A stretch of 47,758 nt of DNA from a virus (taxonomy: Duplodnaviria > Caudoviricetes), in IMG/VR virus record IMGVR_UViG_3300033076_000880, positions 1-47,758 of that record, one strand, 5' to 3'. The notes beneath the pieces are model-generated. The model saw only the letters and a program-made list of their open reading frames with translations. It did no database searches and was not told where the DNA came from. Shown piece by piece: positions 9,540-19,000 of this stretch (position 1 is the stretch's first letter; every line of letters begins with the position of its first letter). The position numbers and the translations under genes are program-made.

Positions 9540-11533
9540 CATCTAAAATTGTCCACCTCGACTACGAGACCCGCAGCCGCTCCGACCTGACCGAAGTCGG
9601 AGCGCATCGCTACGCCATCGATCCCAGCACGGAGATTCTGATGTGCGGCGTCAGCGCCGAGGGCTCCGACGAAGTCCATCTGTGGATCAATCCTGCTTTT
9701 GGTATACCAAATCCAGAGAACGAAAAAGCCGAGGAGTTGTTGCGCGAAGCGACCGAGCTATACGCGCACAATGCCCCGTTCGAGCAGGCAGTGACGTGGG
9801 GCATCGCGCAGCAGCGCAAGGCGACGCCGTTTGTGATGGGCGAGCCTAACCTCTCCCTCTGGCGTTGCACGGCTGCCATGGCCCGTAAAGCCGGTTTGCC
9901 GTCATCGCTCGAGAAGTGTGGTGAAGCGCTGAATACCGACGCGCAAAAGGACTCCAAGGGCAAAGCCCTTATCAAGTTCTTCAGCATCCCGCAGGAGGAC
10001 GGCAGCTTCAACGAACCCCAAGACCACTCTGAGAAGTGGGCCCAGTTCTGCGAATACTGCCGACAAGATGTCCGCACCGAGAAGGCGATTCACAAGAAGA
10101 TCAAGCCGTTCGAGCTGGTGGGCGCACCACTGGCGACGTTCCAGTTCGACATGCGGATGAACCAGCGGGGCATCCCGATCAACGTCGCGGCTGCCCGCAA
10201 CGCGCAGGCGATCATCGACTCTGTCCAGAACGGTGTCACCGACGAGTTCCGCAAGCTGACCGGGCTCAACCCGACGCAGCGGGCCAAGGTGCTCGCACTG
10301 GTGCAGTCCCTCGGCGTGAAGATCGACAATATGCAGGCGGAGACGCTGGCGGCGTTGACAGTGGACGAGGTGATTGCCTCTCCCAAAGCAGCTCGTATCC
10401 TTGAGCTGTATTCTAAACTCTCTTACGCGGCGATTAAGAAGGTGAAGACGATGCTCAACTGCGTCTGCCCCGACGGCATGATCCGAGGCACGTTTCGTTA
10501 CTACGGCGCGGGCACAGGACGTTGGTCGGCGCAGGGTCTCCAGCCCCACAACTTCAAGAAGACTCCCGAGGAGCTGCGCCCCATCACCGACGAGGTCTAC
10601 CAGCGCATCTGCGAGGGCTGGACCGGGCCGATGCTCGAAGCCGTCTACGGCGAGCCGTTCGACCTGATTGCTGGATGCATCCGCAACTTCATCCAGCACC
10701 CAACACTGGAGATGCTGGACGGCGATTACTCGGGCATTGAGGCTCGGATCATCGCGTGGCTGGCGGGCCAGGATGACGTGGTCCAGCAGTGGCGCGAGTA
10801 TGACCAAGGCATCGGCCTCGGCCCCTACAAGCACATGGCTGCGCAGGTCTACGGCTGCCGCCCCGAGGCTGTGACCAAGGACCAGCGTGAGGTCGGCAAG
10901 CGGGTCGTGCTCGGGGCCGGGTTCGGCATGGGCCCGGACAAGTTCCAGAGCTCTTGCCGCGACTTGTATCAACTCGACCTGCCCTACGAACTGTGCGAAC
11001 TCGGCATCAAGACGTTCCGCGACAAGTGCCGCAAGATCGTGCAGTATTGGTATCAGTTGGACGCGCAGGCTCGCGACGCGATCTCGCACCCCGGCACGAC
11101 GTTCGGCCCGTTCGTAGTGCGCCGCATCGGCGGCATCCCGTTCCTGCTGGCCCGTCTGCCATCCGGCCGGTCGCTGTCGTATCCACATCCCAAGCTCGAG
11201 ATCATCCAAGGCGACGAGGGTTGGGGCGAGCAAATCACCTACTGGGGTCAGCTCCCGATGTCGCAGGCGTGGGGTCGGGTGAAGCTTTACGGTGGCAAGA
11301 TCGCCGAGAATTTCGCGCAGGCCACAGCCGCTGACTTCATGGCGAACGGGGCGATCAACGCCGAGCGTCGAGGGATGCCGCCCTTCATGCTGGTGCATGA
11401 CCAAGGTCTCTCCCTCCGCACCGACGGGCAGAGCGCCGACGAATACTCTGCCGCGTTGGCCGATCTGCCTCCGTGGGCGGCAGGCTTCCCGATGAAGGTC
11501 GAGAGCGACATTGCTCCCTATTTCAAGAAGTAG
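9536..11533 (+). CDS. Family A DNA polymerase with 3'-5' exonuclease (APSE-like)
   Basis: ExoI DYET, ExoII AHNA-x-FE, ExoIII YC-x-QDV; TGRW, motif A DYSGIEAR, motif B R-x3-K-x3-LG-x-GFG, motif C VHD. Confidence 0.96.
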   Translation: MTSKIVHLDYETRSRSDLTEVGAHRYAIDPSTEILMCGVSAEGSDEVHLWINPAFGIPNPENEKAEELLREATELYAHNAPFEQAVTWGIAQQRKATPFVMGEPNLSLWRCTAAMARKAGLPSSLEKCGEALNTDAQKDSKGKALIKFFSIPQEDGSFNEPQDHSEKWAQFCEYCRQDVRTEKAIHKKIKPFELVGAPLATFQFDMRMNQRGIPINVAAARNAQAIIDSVQNGVTDEFRKLTGLNPTQRAKVLALVQSLGVKIDNMQAETLAALTVDEVIASPKAARILELYSKLSYAAIKKVKTMLNCVCPDGMIRGTFRYYGAGTGRWSAQGLQPHNFKKTPEELRPITDEVYQRICEGWTGPMLEAVYGEPFDLIAGCIRNFIQHPTLEMLDGDYSGIEARIIAWLAGQDDVVQQWREYDQGIGLGPYKHMAAQVYGCRPEAVTKDQREVGKRVVLGAGFGMGPDKFQSSCRDLYQLDLPYELCELGIKTFRDKCRKIVQYWYQLDAQARDAISHPGTTFGPFVVRRIGGIPFLLARLPSGRSLSYPHPKLEIIQGDEGWGEQITYWGQLPMSQAWGRVKLYGGKIAENFAQATAADFMANGAINAERRGMPPFMLVHDQGLSLRTDGQSADEYSAALADLPPWAAGFPMKVESDIAPYFKK

Positions 11534-11567
11534 TTGACCGCAGCACAAAATCTGTTCTCTTCCGCAC

Positions 11568-11960
11568 ATGGGACGCATCCGACACTCAGCCATCATCGTA
11601 ACAGGCTCCGAAAAAGCCGACGCCGAACTTGCGCATAAGATTGCGACCGAGTTTGGTCTTATCGTAACCCCGGTTATCCCCGGACGAGCTAACGGGTACG
11701 CATCGTTCATGGTCTGTCCTGACGGCTCAAAAGAAGGTTGGGACACCTCTCGCAATTACGACGTCATTCGCCACGCTTTTGTGAACTGGTTGGTCGAACC
11801 CCACCAAGTCGAACGTCGAGGGTACGGCGCTGAAGCTTCGTATCTGGCGCAGGCTCATTTCGACTGGGTATACCTCGATTTCGGTGGCGACGATGACGAC
11901 GTCGTGGTCCGCGACCATGTCGACAATGATGACCGCAAAGAACAACTCGACTTTTCCTAA
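11568..11960 (+). CDS. Hypothetical protein (PDGSKEGW motif)
   Basis: H-x-AIIVT ... NGY-x-SF-x3-PDGSKEGW; TAATG coupling to the next gene. Confidence 0.8.
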   Translation: MGRIRHSAIIVTGSEKADAELAHKIATEFGLIVTPVIPGRANGYASFMVCPDGSKEGWDTSRNYDVIRHAFVNWLVEPHQVERRGYGAEASYLAQAHFDWVYLDFGGDDDDVVVRDHVDNDDRKEQLDFS

Positions 11961-12226
11961 TGCACATCCCGAAAAAATACGCCGTGTTCGACTCCCCAGT
12001 TTACCTTGATAGCAAAGAGGTCGAACGCTTGTCGCCGTTCCTATCAGGCTGGAAGCGTCTTGCGCCGCTGCTCAAACTCGGCGTCAACGAGCCAGATCTG
12101 GAGCGACTCATCACTCTCGAACTGCTGGGCAAACAGCGCTGGTTCATCCTGCAGCGTTTGCTCATGCGCCTCGGCCAAGTCCAGCGTGCCGCGTTGGAAA
12201 AGAAGATTCGGAGGATCATCTCGTGA
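11960..12226 (+). CDS. Hypothetical protein
   Basis: Coupled at both ends. Confidence 0.8.
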   Translation: MHIPKKYAVFDSPVYLDSKEVERLSPFLSGWKRLAPLLKLGVNEPDLERLITLELLGKQRWFILQRLLMRLGQVQRAALEKKIRRIIS

Positions 12227-12504
12227 ACGAAAAAATCCTTGAAGCCAAAGTCGTCGCATACTGCAACGAGCGCGGCCTGTACTGCCGCAAATTCTCGTCT
12301 CCCGCGCATTGCGGCGTGCCGGATCGCCTCATCGTGGGCGACGGCAAAGCAATGTTTCTTGAACTGAAATCGCCGGGTCAGAAGCCCACTGCTCTTCAAC
12401 TGCGCGAAATCCAGCTTATCAAAGCTCAGGGCGTGCTCGCCGTCTGGACAGACTCGTGGGAAGTCGCGAAATCCGAAATCGATTACTGCTTCTTTGGGAA
12501 ATGA
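12223..12504 (+). CDS. VRR-NUC domain nuclease
   Basis: EK-x-LE ... KF-x-SP-x3-GVPDR ... FLELK-x-PG-x-KP-x2-LQ. Confidence 0.93.
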   Translation: MNEKILEAKVVAYCNERGLYCRKFSSPAHCGVPDRLIVGDGKAMFLELKSPGQKPTALQLREIQLIKAQGVLAVWTDSWEVAKSEIDYCFFGK

Positions 12505-12680
12505 CCCCCATGACCAAACGCCGATTCGGCATTCTGATGTTCGGGGGTTTTGCCTCGGTGTGGGCCTTCCTCCTCGGTGGCTGTATCCGCGAGCAATACT
12601 GGCTCGGAGTCGTAGCGTGCGGGTTCTTCGAGGTGTCAGCTACGCTGGCACTATTCCGCGTCCTAGAGGAGACCAAGTGA
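12501..12680 (+). CDS. Small two-TM membrane protein
   Basis: Two hydrophobic segments; ATGA/GTGA coupling at both ends. Confidence 0.65.
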   Translation: MTPMTKRRFGILMFGGFASVWAFLLGGCIREQYWLGVVACGFFEVSATLALFRVLEETK

Positions 12681-13960
12681 ACCTCGTCCCTCGAGTCCAT
12701 CAGCACCTGATGCATGACTTCATGCTCGGCAACGAGCGTGCAGGCGTGTTCGCCGGGATGGGGTTGAGCAAGACAGCGTCGACGCTGTGGGCGATGAACG
12801 ACCTCATGGCCGACGGAGCCTGCCGCAAAGCGCTGGTCGTCGCCCCGCTGCGGGTGTCGAAAATTACTTGGCCGAACGAGATCAAAAAGTGGGACCAGTT
12901 CCGGGGCATGGAGCGCAACATCCGTTTTATCAACTATGAATCCCTACACAAACTTACCGACCTGTCGGGATACGACCTCGTGGTCTTTGATGAGCTTACC
13001 AAGGCCAAGAGTCCTTCTTCCAAACGGATCAACGGCTTGCGACCGCTGCTCCACCCCGGTATGCGACGATGGGGTCTTACAGGAACACCCCGCCCCAATT
13101 CTCTGCTTGAGCTGTTTGCGCAGGTTCGACTCTTGGACGACGGTAAGCGGCTCGGCAAAAGCTTCTCCATGTTCCAACAAACGTGGTTCACCTCGGACTA
13201 CATGGGCTATAAGTGGACTCCTCGGGAGGGTGCGGAGAACGCTATCTACGAGCGCATTCGGGATTTGGTTATCACGCTGCGGACGAGCGATTATTCGGAT
13301 GTGCCGGATACGGAAGTAGAGGACATCGAGATCGCCCTGCCTGAGGCTGCGCGTGGCATCTACGCCGAGCTCGAGAAAGATCTGCTGGCGATCATCCGCG
13401 ATTCTGAAGTGGTAGCGGTCAACTCCGCCGTCCTCGTCAACAAATTGCTGCAGGTCTGCGGAGGCGCGATTTATGATGCCGAGCGATCGGTTCTCGCGAT
13501 TCACGACACGAAGCTCCGCGCCCTGGAGGACTGCCTCAAAAAATTGAAGGGCGAGCGGGCTCTGATTTTTTGCAACTACATCCACGAGCGCGACCGCATC
13601 TGCGCGACGATCCCGGGCGCTGTAGACGCCAGCAAGTTCAAGGGAGACATCGAAGACGCATGGAACAGCGGACGCATCCAGAACCTCGTTGCCGACCCCC
13701 GCAGCATGGGCCACGGGCTAAATCTCCAAGAGGGAGGACGCAACACCGTCTGGTATTCGCACACCCACTCCCGCGAGCTCTACGACCAAGCGAATGCCCG
13801 CGTCGCCCGCACCGGGCAGAAGAACGTCCCACGCATTTACCGGCTCATCACCACTGGCACTATCGAGGAAGCCGTGATCGAGACCCTGCGCGAGCGGGGC
13901 GACGCTCAGGGTGAGATGATGGCGCTCCTCTCGAACTTCAAACAACTGAAAGCCGCATGA
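12677..13960 (+). CDS. SNF2-family (SF2) helicase
   Basis: MGLSKT, VVAP, VFDE, LTGTP, GHGLNLQ, Q-x-NAR-x2-R-x-GQ; GTG start at 12677 rather than 12494. Confidence 0.92.
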   Translation: MNLVPRVHQHLMHDFMLGNERAGVFAGMGLSKTASTLWAMNDLMADGACRKALVVAPLRVSKITWPNEIKKWDQFRGMERNIRFINYESLHKLTDLSGYDLVVFDELTKAKSPSSKRINGLRPLLHPGMRRWGLTGTPRPNSLLELFAQVRLLDDGKRLGKSFSMFQQTWFTSDYMGYKWTPREGAENAIYERIRDLVITLRTSDYSDVPDTEVEDIEIALPEAARGIYAELEKDLLAIIRDSEVVAVNSAVLVNKLLQVCGGAIYDAERSVLAIHDTKLRALEDCLKKLKGERALIFCNYIHERDRICATIPGAVDASKFKGDIEDAWNSGRIQNLVADPRSMGHGLNLQEGGRNTVWYSHTHSRELYDQANARVARTGQKNVPRIYRLITTGTIEEAVIETLRERGDAQGEMMALLSNFKQLKAA

Positions 13961-14211
13961 TCTGCCCCATCTGCAATTCGACCCCCAGTTATCCAAAGCT
14001 GCGAGCTACCGACCAAGAAAAGCTGCGGAAGCATGTGGAGGCTAATCACCCGAAACACTGGGAGGAGTTTCTTGCGATCCAGCTCGTAGCGCAGCAGCAG
14101 AAATTGATCCTGACCCGGTTAGACGCCAAGGCCCGAAAGCTAACCGGCATCACGATTCTTCAAGGCCACAAACTCACTACGGGCAAAACTGTTTTCGACC
14201 TCCTAGCATGA
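13957..14211 (+). CDS. C2H2 zinc-finger-like small protein
   Basis: CPIC ... L-x2-HV-x3-HP. Confidence 0.7.
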   Translation: MICPICNSTPSYPKLRATDQEKLRKHVEANHPKHWEEFLAIQLVAQQQKLILTRLDAKARKLTGITILQGHKLTTGKTVFDLLA

Positions 14212-14411
14212 CCCAAGCACGCTACCGTCTCAAGGAAGCCGCGAAGCGGCATATCTACGCTGGTCGACTGCTAAAGGAGTTCGTCCAGCCCGGATGCAAC
14301 CGGGACACCGTTGCCCGACTGGCAGACCGCTGCGGGTTCAAGAGATATTTCCTGACGCCGAAGGAGTTCGAGGAAGTTCTTGAGCGTCGCAAACAGAGGG
14401 GGCTGCTATGA
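14208..14411 (+). CDS. Hypothetical protein
   Basis: ATGA coupling at both ends. Confidence 0.7.
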   Translation: MTQARYRLKEAAKRHIYAGRLLKEFVQPGCNRDTVARLADRCGFKRYFLTPKEFEEVLERRKQRGLL

Positions 14412-14563
14412 AGCCAATCCAATTCGTCCATACCCTTAACCCAGTCCGCGTCACTTACTCACTGGAGGCATCTGACGGCATCACGATTGCGGTTACCCTG
14501 CTGGCTGCGGGAGTGCTTCTGTGGGGGCTTGCCAAATTCATCGAGGCATTCCGCCCCCGGTGA
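14408..14563 (+). CDS. Small single-TM protein (51 aa; not in the ORF track)
   Basis: MKPIQFVHTL...ITIAVTLLAAGVLLWGL...; ATGA coupling; ends 1 nt before the convergent gene. Confidence 0.6.
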   Translation: MKPIQFVHTLNPVRVTYSLEASDGITIAVTLLAAGVLLWGLAKFIEAFRPR

Positions 14564-14564
14564 C

Positions 14565-14930
14565 TCAGTCCCGCAGCGTAACGCGATCCAGTACGGTCTG
14601 CTGTCTGTCCAAGATGCGCTGCTGCCCCTCGAGGATCTGAAGGACGCGGGTATCGACTTCGTCCTTCTTGCTACGCCACGCCGACCACTCCTTTACGGAC
14701 TCTACTCGCTCTTTGGAGAGCGTCTGAACCTCGGCTCGAGTGGCTGCCAAAGCTGTCGAGGTGTTGTTCACCCACAGTGCCACCGTGATGAGCCCGCTCA
14801 CCGCCGCGACAACCATGCCGATGACGATCTGGGCGATTTTGACCAGTGACTCGACCCGGTCGAGCTGGGAAGCGAGCTTGTCAAGTTGTTCGGGTGGCAT
14901 GGAGTTGAGATATGATTTGGTATCCCTCAT
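14565..14930 (-). CDS. Single-TM coiled-coil protein (lysis-associated, holin/spanin-like candidate)
   Basis: One TM segment then a heptad-rich C-terminus; last gene of the late arm. Confidence 0.7.
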   Translation of the reverse strand: MRDTKSYLNSMPPEQLDKLASQLDRVESLVKIAQIVIGMVVAAVSGLITVALWVNNTSTALAATRAEVQTLSKERVESVKEWSAWRSKKDEVDTRVLQILEGQQRILDRQQTVLDRVTLRD

Positions 14931-15021
14931 GGGGATACTACTGAGTAGTATTACCGTAGCTGGAAAGCGAAAGAGTTACTTAGGATTTTAGGTAGGCGCA
15001 TACCTTTTAAAAGGTAGTCGG

Positions 15022-15228
15022 CTACTTGCCCTTCTGCACGGGCGTCTCAGGCAGCGAAATGTTTTTTGCGGCCGAGCCCGTGGCTAGGATCTCGACCTCG
15101 AGGGTGGATGGCCCCCAAGGGGTGTTGACCGTGGACTTCACGCCCTGACCGTAAGCGTCTTTGGGGAAGTTGTGGACGCAGCCCGTGAGGACCAGCGTCG
15201 GAAAGAGGAGGAAGGCGAGTTTCTTCAT
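15022..15228 (-). CDS. Small lipoprotein
   Basis: MKKLAFLLFPTLVLTG-C lipobox; ATGA coupling to the upstream gene. Confidence 0.8.
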   Translation of the reverse strand: MKKLAFLLFPTLVLTGCVHNFPKDAYGQGVKSTVNTPWGPSTLEVEILATGSAAKNISLPETPVQKGK

Positions 15229-15512
15229 TGGGCGAATGGTGCTTGGGTTTCGTTGGTCGGGAGTTTGGTGGGGATCGGGTGCTGCGCGAAGTAGGTGATC
15301 ACGCTCCTGGCAAATGTCGTGCCGAAGATGGCCAGTCCGGTCTTCCATGTCGGGGCGCTGATGTCTGGCGTTACGGCTGCGCCGACGGCGAGTCCGACGA
15401 CTCCGTCGAGCGTCGTGGTCGCGTTATTGAACGCGAAGGCGAACATCCCGAAGAAGTAGTGGGCGAGCCATATTTTGAGGCGGGACCAAGCGTCTTTGAT
15501 CGGCTGGGGCAT
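15225..15512 (-). CDS. Holin-like membrane protein
   Basis: 95 aa, 2-3 hydrophobic segments, C-terminal HP-x-P; position after the fibres. Confidence 0.7.
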   Translation of the reverse strand: MPQPIKDAWSRLKIWLAHYFFGMFAFAFNNATTTLDGVVGLAVGAAVTPDISAPTWKTGLAIFGTTFARSVITYFAQHPIPTKLPTNETQAPFAQ

Positions 15513-15518
15513 GGTGTG

Positions 15519-15623
15519 TCAGGGTTTGGAATACTCGACAGGTGGGAGCGTCGGAGGCGTGGCGCATCCGGCGAGAACGCTCAAGGTGAGCGCGGCGAGA
15601 ATCAGAATCGGACGAAGGCGCAT
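15519..15623 (-). CDS. Very short Pro-rich lipoprotein (34 aa), o-spanin-like candidate
   Basis: MRLRPILILAALTLSVLAG-C-ATPPTLPP lipobox; overlaps the upstream gene by 22 nt. Confidence 0.65.
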   Translation of the reverse strand: MRLRPILILAALTLSVLAGCATPPTLPPVEYSKP

Positions 15624-16000
15624 GACAGAATCTCGTTGATGGTGAGGTTGAGCGTCAAGCCGTCTTGGGGCTCGAGGTAAGTGACTTGGTCGTTGATGAC
15701 GGCGATGCAGATGGCGTGCCCTTCTCCGCTGTCCTTGGTGTAGAAAAACTCCCCGACGGCCAGTCCTTCGGCGTCGCTGCCTTTGCTCATCGCGTGGCAG
15801 TCCTGGGCGTGCTGGGCGTAGGCGCGGGCCCAGTTGTCGCAGTCGTTCTTGCGGGTGTAGCTTCCGACCTTGGCCCATCGGTCAGCCTTGAATGATTGCC
15901 AGAAGGCTCCCTGCAGCCATGCCAGCGTGGGCTGGGCGTAGGTGAGATCAGGCAGGATTGCCTGACGTGGCAGGAGTGCCTGGAGTTCGACGTTGGTCAC
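15602..16000 (-). CDS. Papain/transglutaminase-like Cys-His-Glu protein (agglutinin C-terminal-like)
   Basis: DCDNWA ... GHAIC ... YLEPQ motif order. Confidence 0.75.
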   Translation of the reverse strand: MTNVELQALLPRQAILPDLTYAQPTLAWLQGAFWQSFKADRWAKVGSYTRKNDCDNWARAYAQHAQDCHAMSKGSDAEGLAVGEFFYTKDSGEGHAICIAVINDQVTYLEPQDGLTLNLTINEILSCAFVRF

Positions 16001-16010
16001 GGGTTAGGGG

Positions 16011-19000
16011 TTAAAGCTTATTCCAGAAGGTTCCGTCAGAGATGAATTGCGCCGAGTCACCAACGGCGAGGGTCACGGTGTTGGCCGCTGCGGTCGTGAA
16101 GATTTCGTTGGCGGCTGCGGTCGTGACGACGTTGACGGTCACGCTGGCCCGGTTTTTGATTTGGTAGATGCGCCCGGTGGTGCCAGCCACAGCCGGGAGC
16201 GTGAGAGATTGTGATGCGGTAGAACCGCTGAACGATATAAACTGATCGGAAGTTGTTAGCGTGTAGCTCGCCGTTTTTGAAGCTGTCGTGAGGATTTGCC
16301 CACCGCTCAAGCCGGTAAGGGTTCCAGAATAGCTAACGGCATTCACCCGCATGTTGGCGTATGAAGCGGCGTCGCCAAGAACGACGCCGAGTGTTTGGTA
16401 GGAGTCTTTTCTGAGTAGGACGTCAGCGTTTGCTGTTCCAAACTTGACGTTGCCAGTGGTTCCCAGCGTGACGTTGCCGGAAGCCGTGAGGGCACCGAGT
16501 TGCAAGTCTCCCGTGCCTCCCGCATTGCCGGTGCTGATCTTGGCGACGCCAGCCGAGACGCGATCAAAGCCAACGTCTCCTATGGATGCGTTATTGGCCG
16601 CAAGCCAGATTCGGTTGGCGATGTAGCCGATTGCCGTGCTTCCGTTAATGATGAAACCTGGTGCCGAATTTACTCCGTTCGGTGTGTTTAGTTGCCCATC
16701 ATTTTGCAGGTAGAATGATCGGTTGTATTTCGTCGCGGTGACCTGGAAGGCGGCTGCGCTGTCAGCTCCGGTTCCCGTGGTGGGCGTAGTGATCTGAACA
16801 GTCCCCAACGAACTGTCGGCGCTTACGCCAATAGTGGCCCCGGCTGTGTTGCCGAGCTTGATCGTGTTGGTTCCCACCACCGTCGCGTTGGCTAGAAATG
16901 CGGTCCACGGGTTAGCGAGCAGGCCAAGCGTTTCACCACTAGAATTTGGGTAGAAGCTGGCAGAGATGAGTTTGATGCTTCCGCCCATTCCGCTCATGTT
17001 GATCGTGCTGTTTGCCGTCGTCGGCACTTGGAACAGATACGGGGACGAGGATACAAGCGGTGAACTATTGTTGCCGAGGGAGAGCGTGACAGTTCCTGCG
17101 GCGACTCCGGGGCCGTCGCTTTTGATGTGGAACAGGTTTTCTTCTGCGCCGGAATTTACGGAGCGGTAGAGCCCCCAAGAAGTGATGACGTCGGATGTTG
17201 ATGTGGTGCCCGATGCGTTGCTTCGCAGATCGGCGTAAACGTCAAACGTCTTGCTGGCTGCCCCACCCGTGAAGAATCCTGCTCCACGCCAACGAAGGCG
17301 GGGCGAGTAGCGAGCATTGCCAGAGGTGGCGGCGGCATCGTTGGAAATAACAAGTCCGTCCGCGCTTGTATTGGCAGCAATATCATAGCCGAAATAGCCT
17401 CCGCGAACGCGCCTGCCTGCGGCTCCGATGGTATGATTTGCGGCGGCGTCTCCCGGTAGAGGCGTAATTGCTCCGCCACTCCAAGAAAACACCCAGCCCG
17501 AAGTTTGTCCTCCGCTCTGACTTGTATCTAAATTTGCCGACCCGCCACCATCATACCAACGATATCCTTTGGCATACTGACCTCCCCCAAACCACAAACT
17601 CCAAGCGCGAGGCTCATCAAATCGAGTGCCGCTCCTGATCCAATTAACGCCGTCTGAAATCAGCGTGCTGTAATCTTTCTGCACGATCAGAGAGTTATTA
17701 GTCGCATCAGAAAAGAAGACTCTTCCCGTCCCGGTATCGGCTTTCATAACCGTGAAGTGATAGCCGATGCCAGCCGTGGCTGCGCTTGGCATTGTAACGG
17801 TGATGTCGCTGACTCCGGTGGTGACAGAGTAAAGAACTCCACGGTCTGCGGCATTTGCGATAGACGGCGTGAAGTTGGCGCTCTTTGCCGAGACCAACCC
17901 GACCATAGGGGAGTATGGTGCATTATTGATCGTCGTGGTCAGGGTTCCTGCTCCGGCTGAATTGATCGTTACGTTGGCGTCGATGCCGAGAGTGGTGTAT
18001 GCGCTCACGCCGTCGTTGATCGTGTCGAGCTGGATGCCGCTTCCGTTGCCGCTAATGTTCAGGTTCTTATTAACCCCTGCGCGGAACTTTGCGATGGTCG
18101 CGGTGGGGCCGGAAACTTCGGTCGTTCCGTTAGCTAGAAAGACTGCGCCTCGCGTGCCTCCCGGCGTAAAGATCATGGCCTCATTCGGTGCCGTGCCGCT
18201 CGCGGCGATGGTCGGGCCTGACGTGCCGCTACCGAAGCGGGCGGTGCCATTCAAGAATAGTGAGCCAAAAGGCACAGTTGATGAGCCGATATTCGGGACA
18301 TACCCGCCATTGGTTTTGAATTCATTAACCCCAAAATAGTAACTACCGACTCCGGCAAGCGATAGGACCATTTGACGATCCGCGGAGCCGATAGTTAGCG
18401 TTGTATTATTCGTTCCGCCGAGGGTCAGATCGTTGGCTGTTAATCCGCCCGAAAGAATTGTCGGACCCGTTGTGCCGCTGCCAACGATAGTTGTTCCGAC
18501 CAAATTAGTCTTTCCCGCGCTTGGCGGAGTGATGACGAGGTTGCTCGTGGTGAGGTTTCCGGTCGCTGCGATGCTCGCTCCGCCCGCTCCGCCACCTCCA
18601 AGCGTGATGCTGTTGGTGCCGTTCAGCGTGAGCGTGCCGGGGGCGATGATCGAGCTTGGCAAACTGAGCGTCACGTTGCCCGTCGCTGCGCTGGCGGTGA
18701 TCTGGTTTGCCGTCCCGAAGATGGAGGTAGACGGCGCAAGGGTGGTCGGGACGTAGCTCGTTCCATTGCTGGCGAGGACTTGTCCGTTTGTGCCGGTCGC
18801 GGCGGCGAGGGTAGTTGTCCAGCCGGAGCCAAAGCCAGAAAGGCCGGTCGAGATCGGGATCCCAGTGATGGTGTTGGTTGCTCCGCTGATCGACTTGTTC
18901 GTCAGCGTTTCGACCCCATCGAGCGTGGCGAGCGTCCCGCCGGTTGGCAGCGTGACAGTGGTGTTCCCGATAGTGGTCAGGACGAGGGAGAAGGCTCCCG

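Noticed and set aside
9902-11755. 617-aa antisense ORF, and similar long shadow ORFs (4162-5229, 7104-8300, 30505-32067, 33921-34907, 40935-42161)
   Set aside because: They lie opposite well-supported genes; high GC3 codon usage removes stops on the reverse strand, and the products show no motifs.
12494-12676. N-terminal extensions given by the ORF track (helicase from 12494; also starts at 36757, 20999, 19316 and 44943)
   Set aside because: They overlap upstream genes; coupled or adjacent downstream starts coincide with where recognisable sequence begins.
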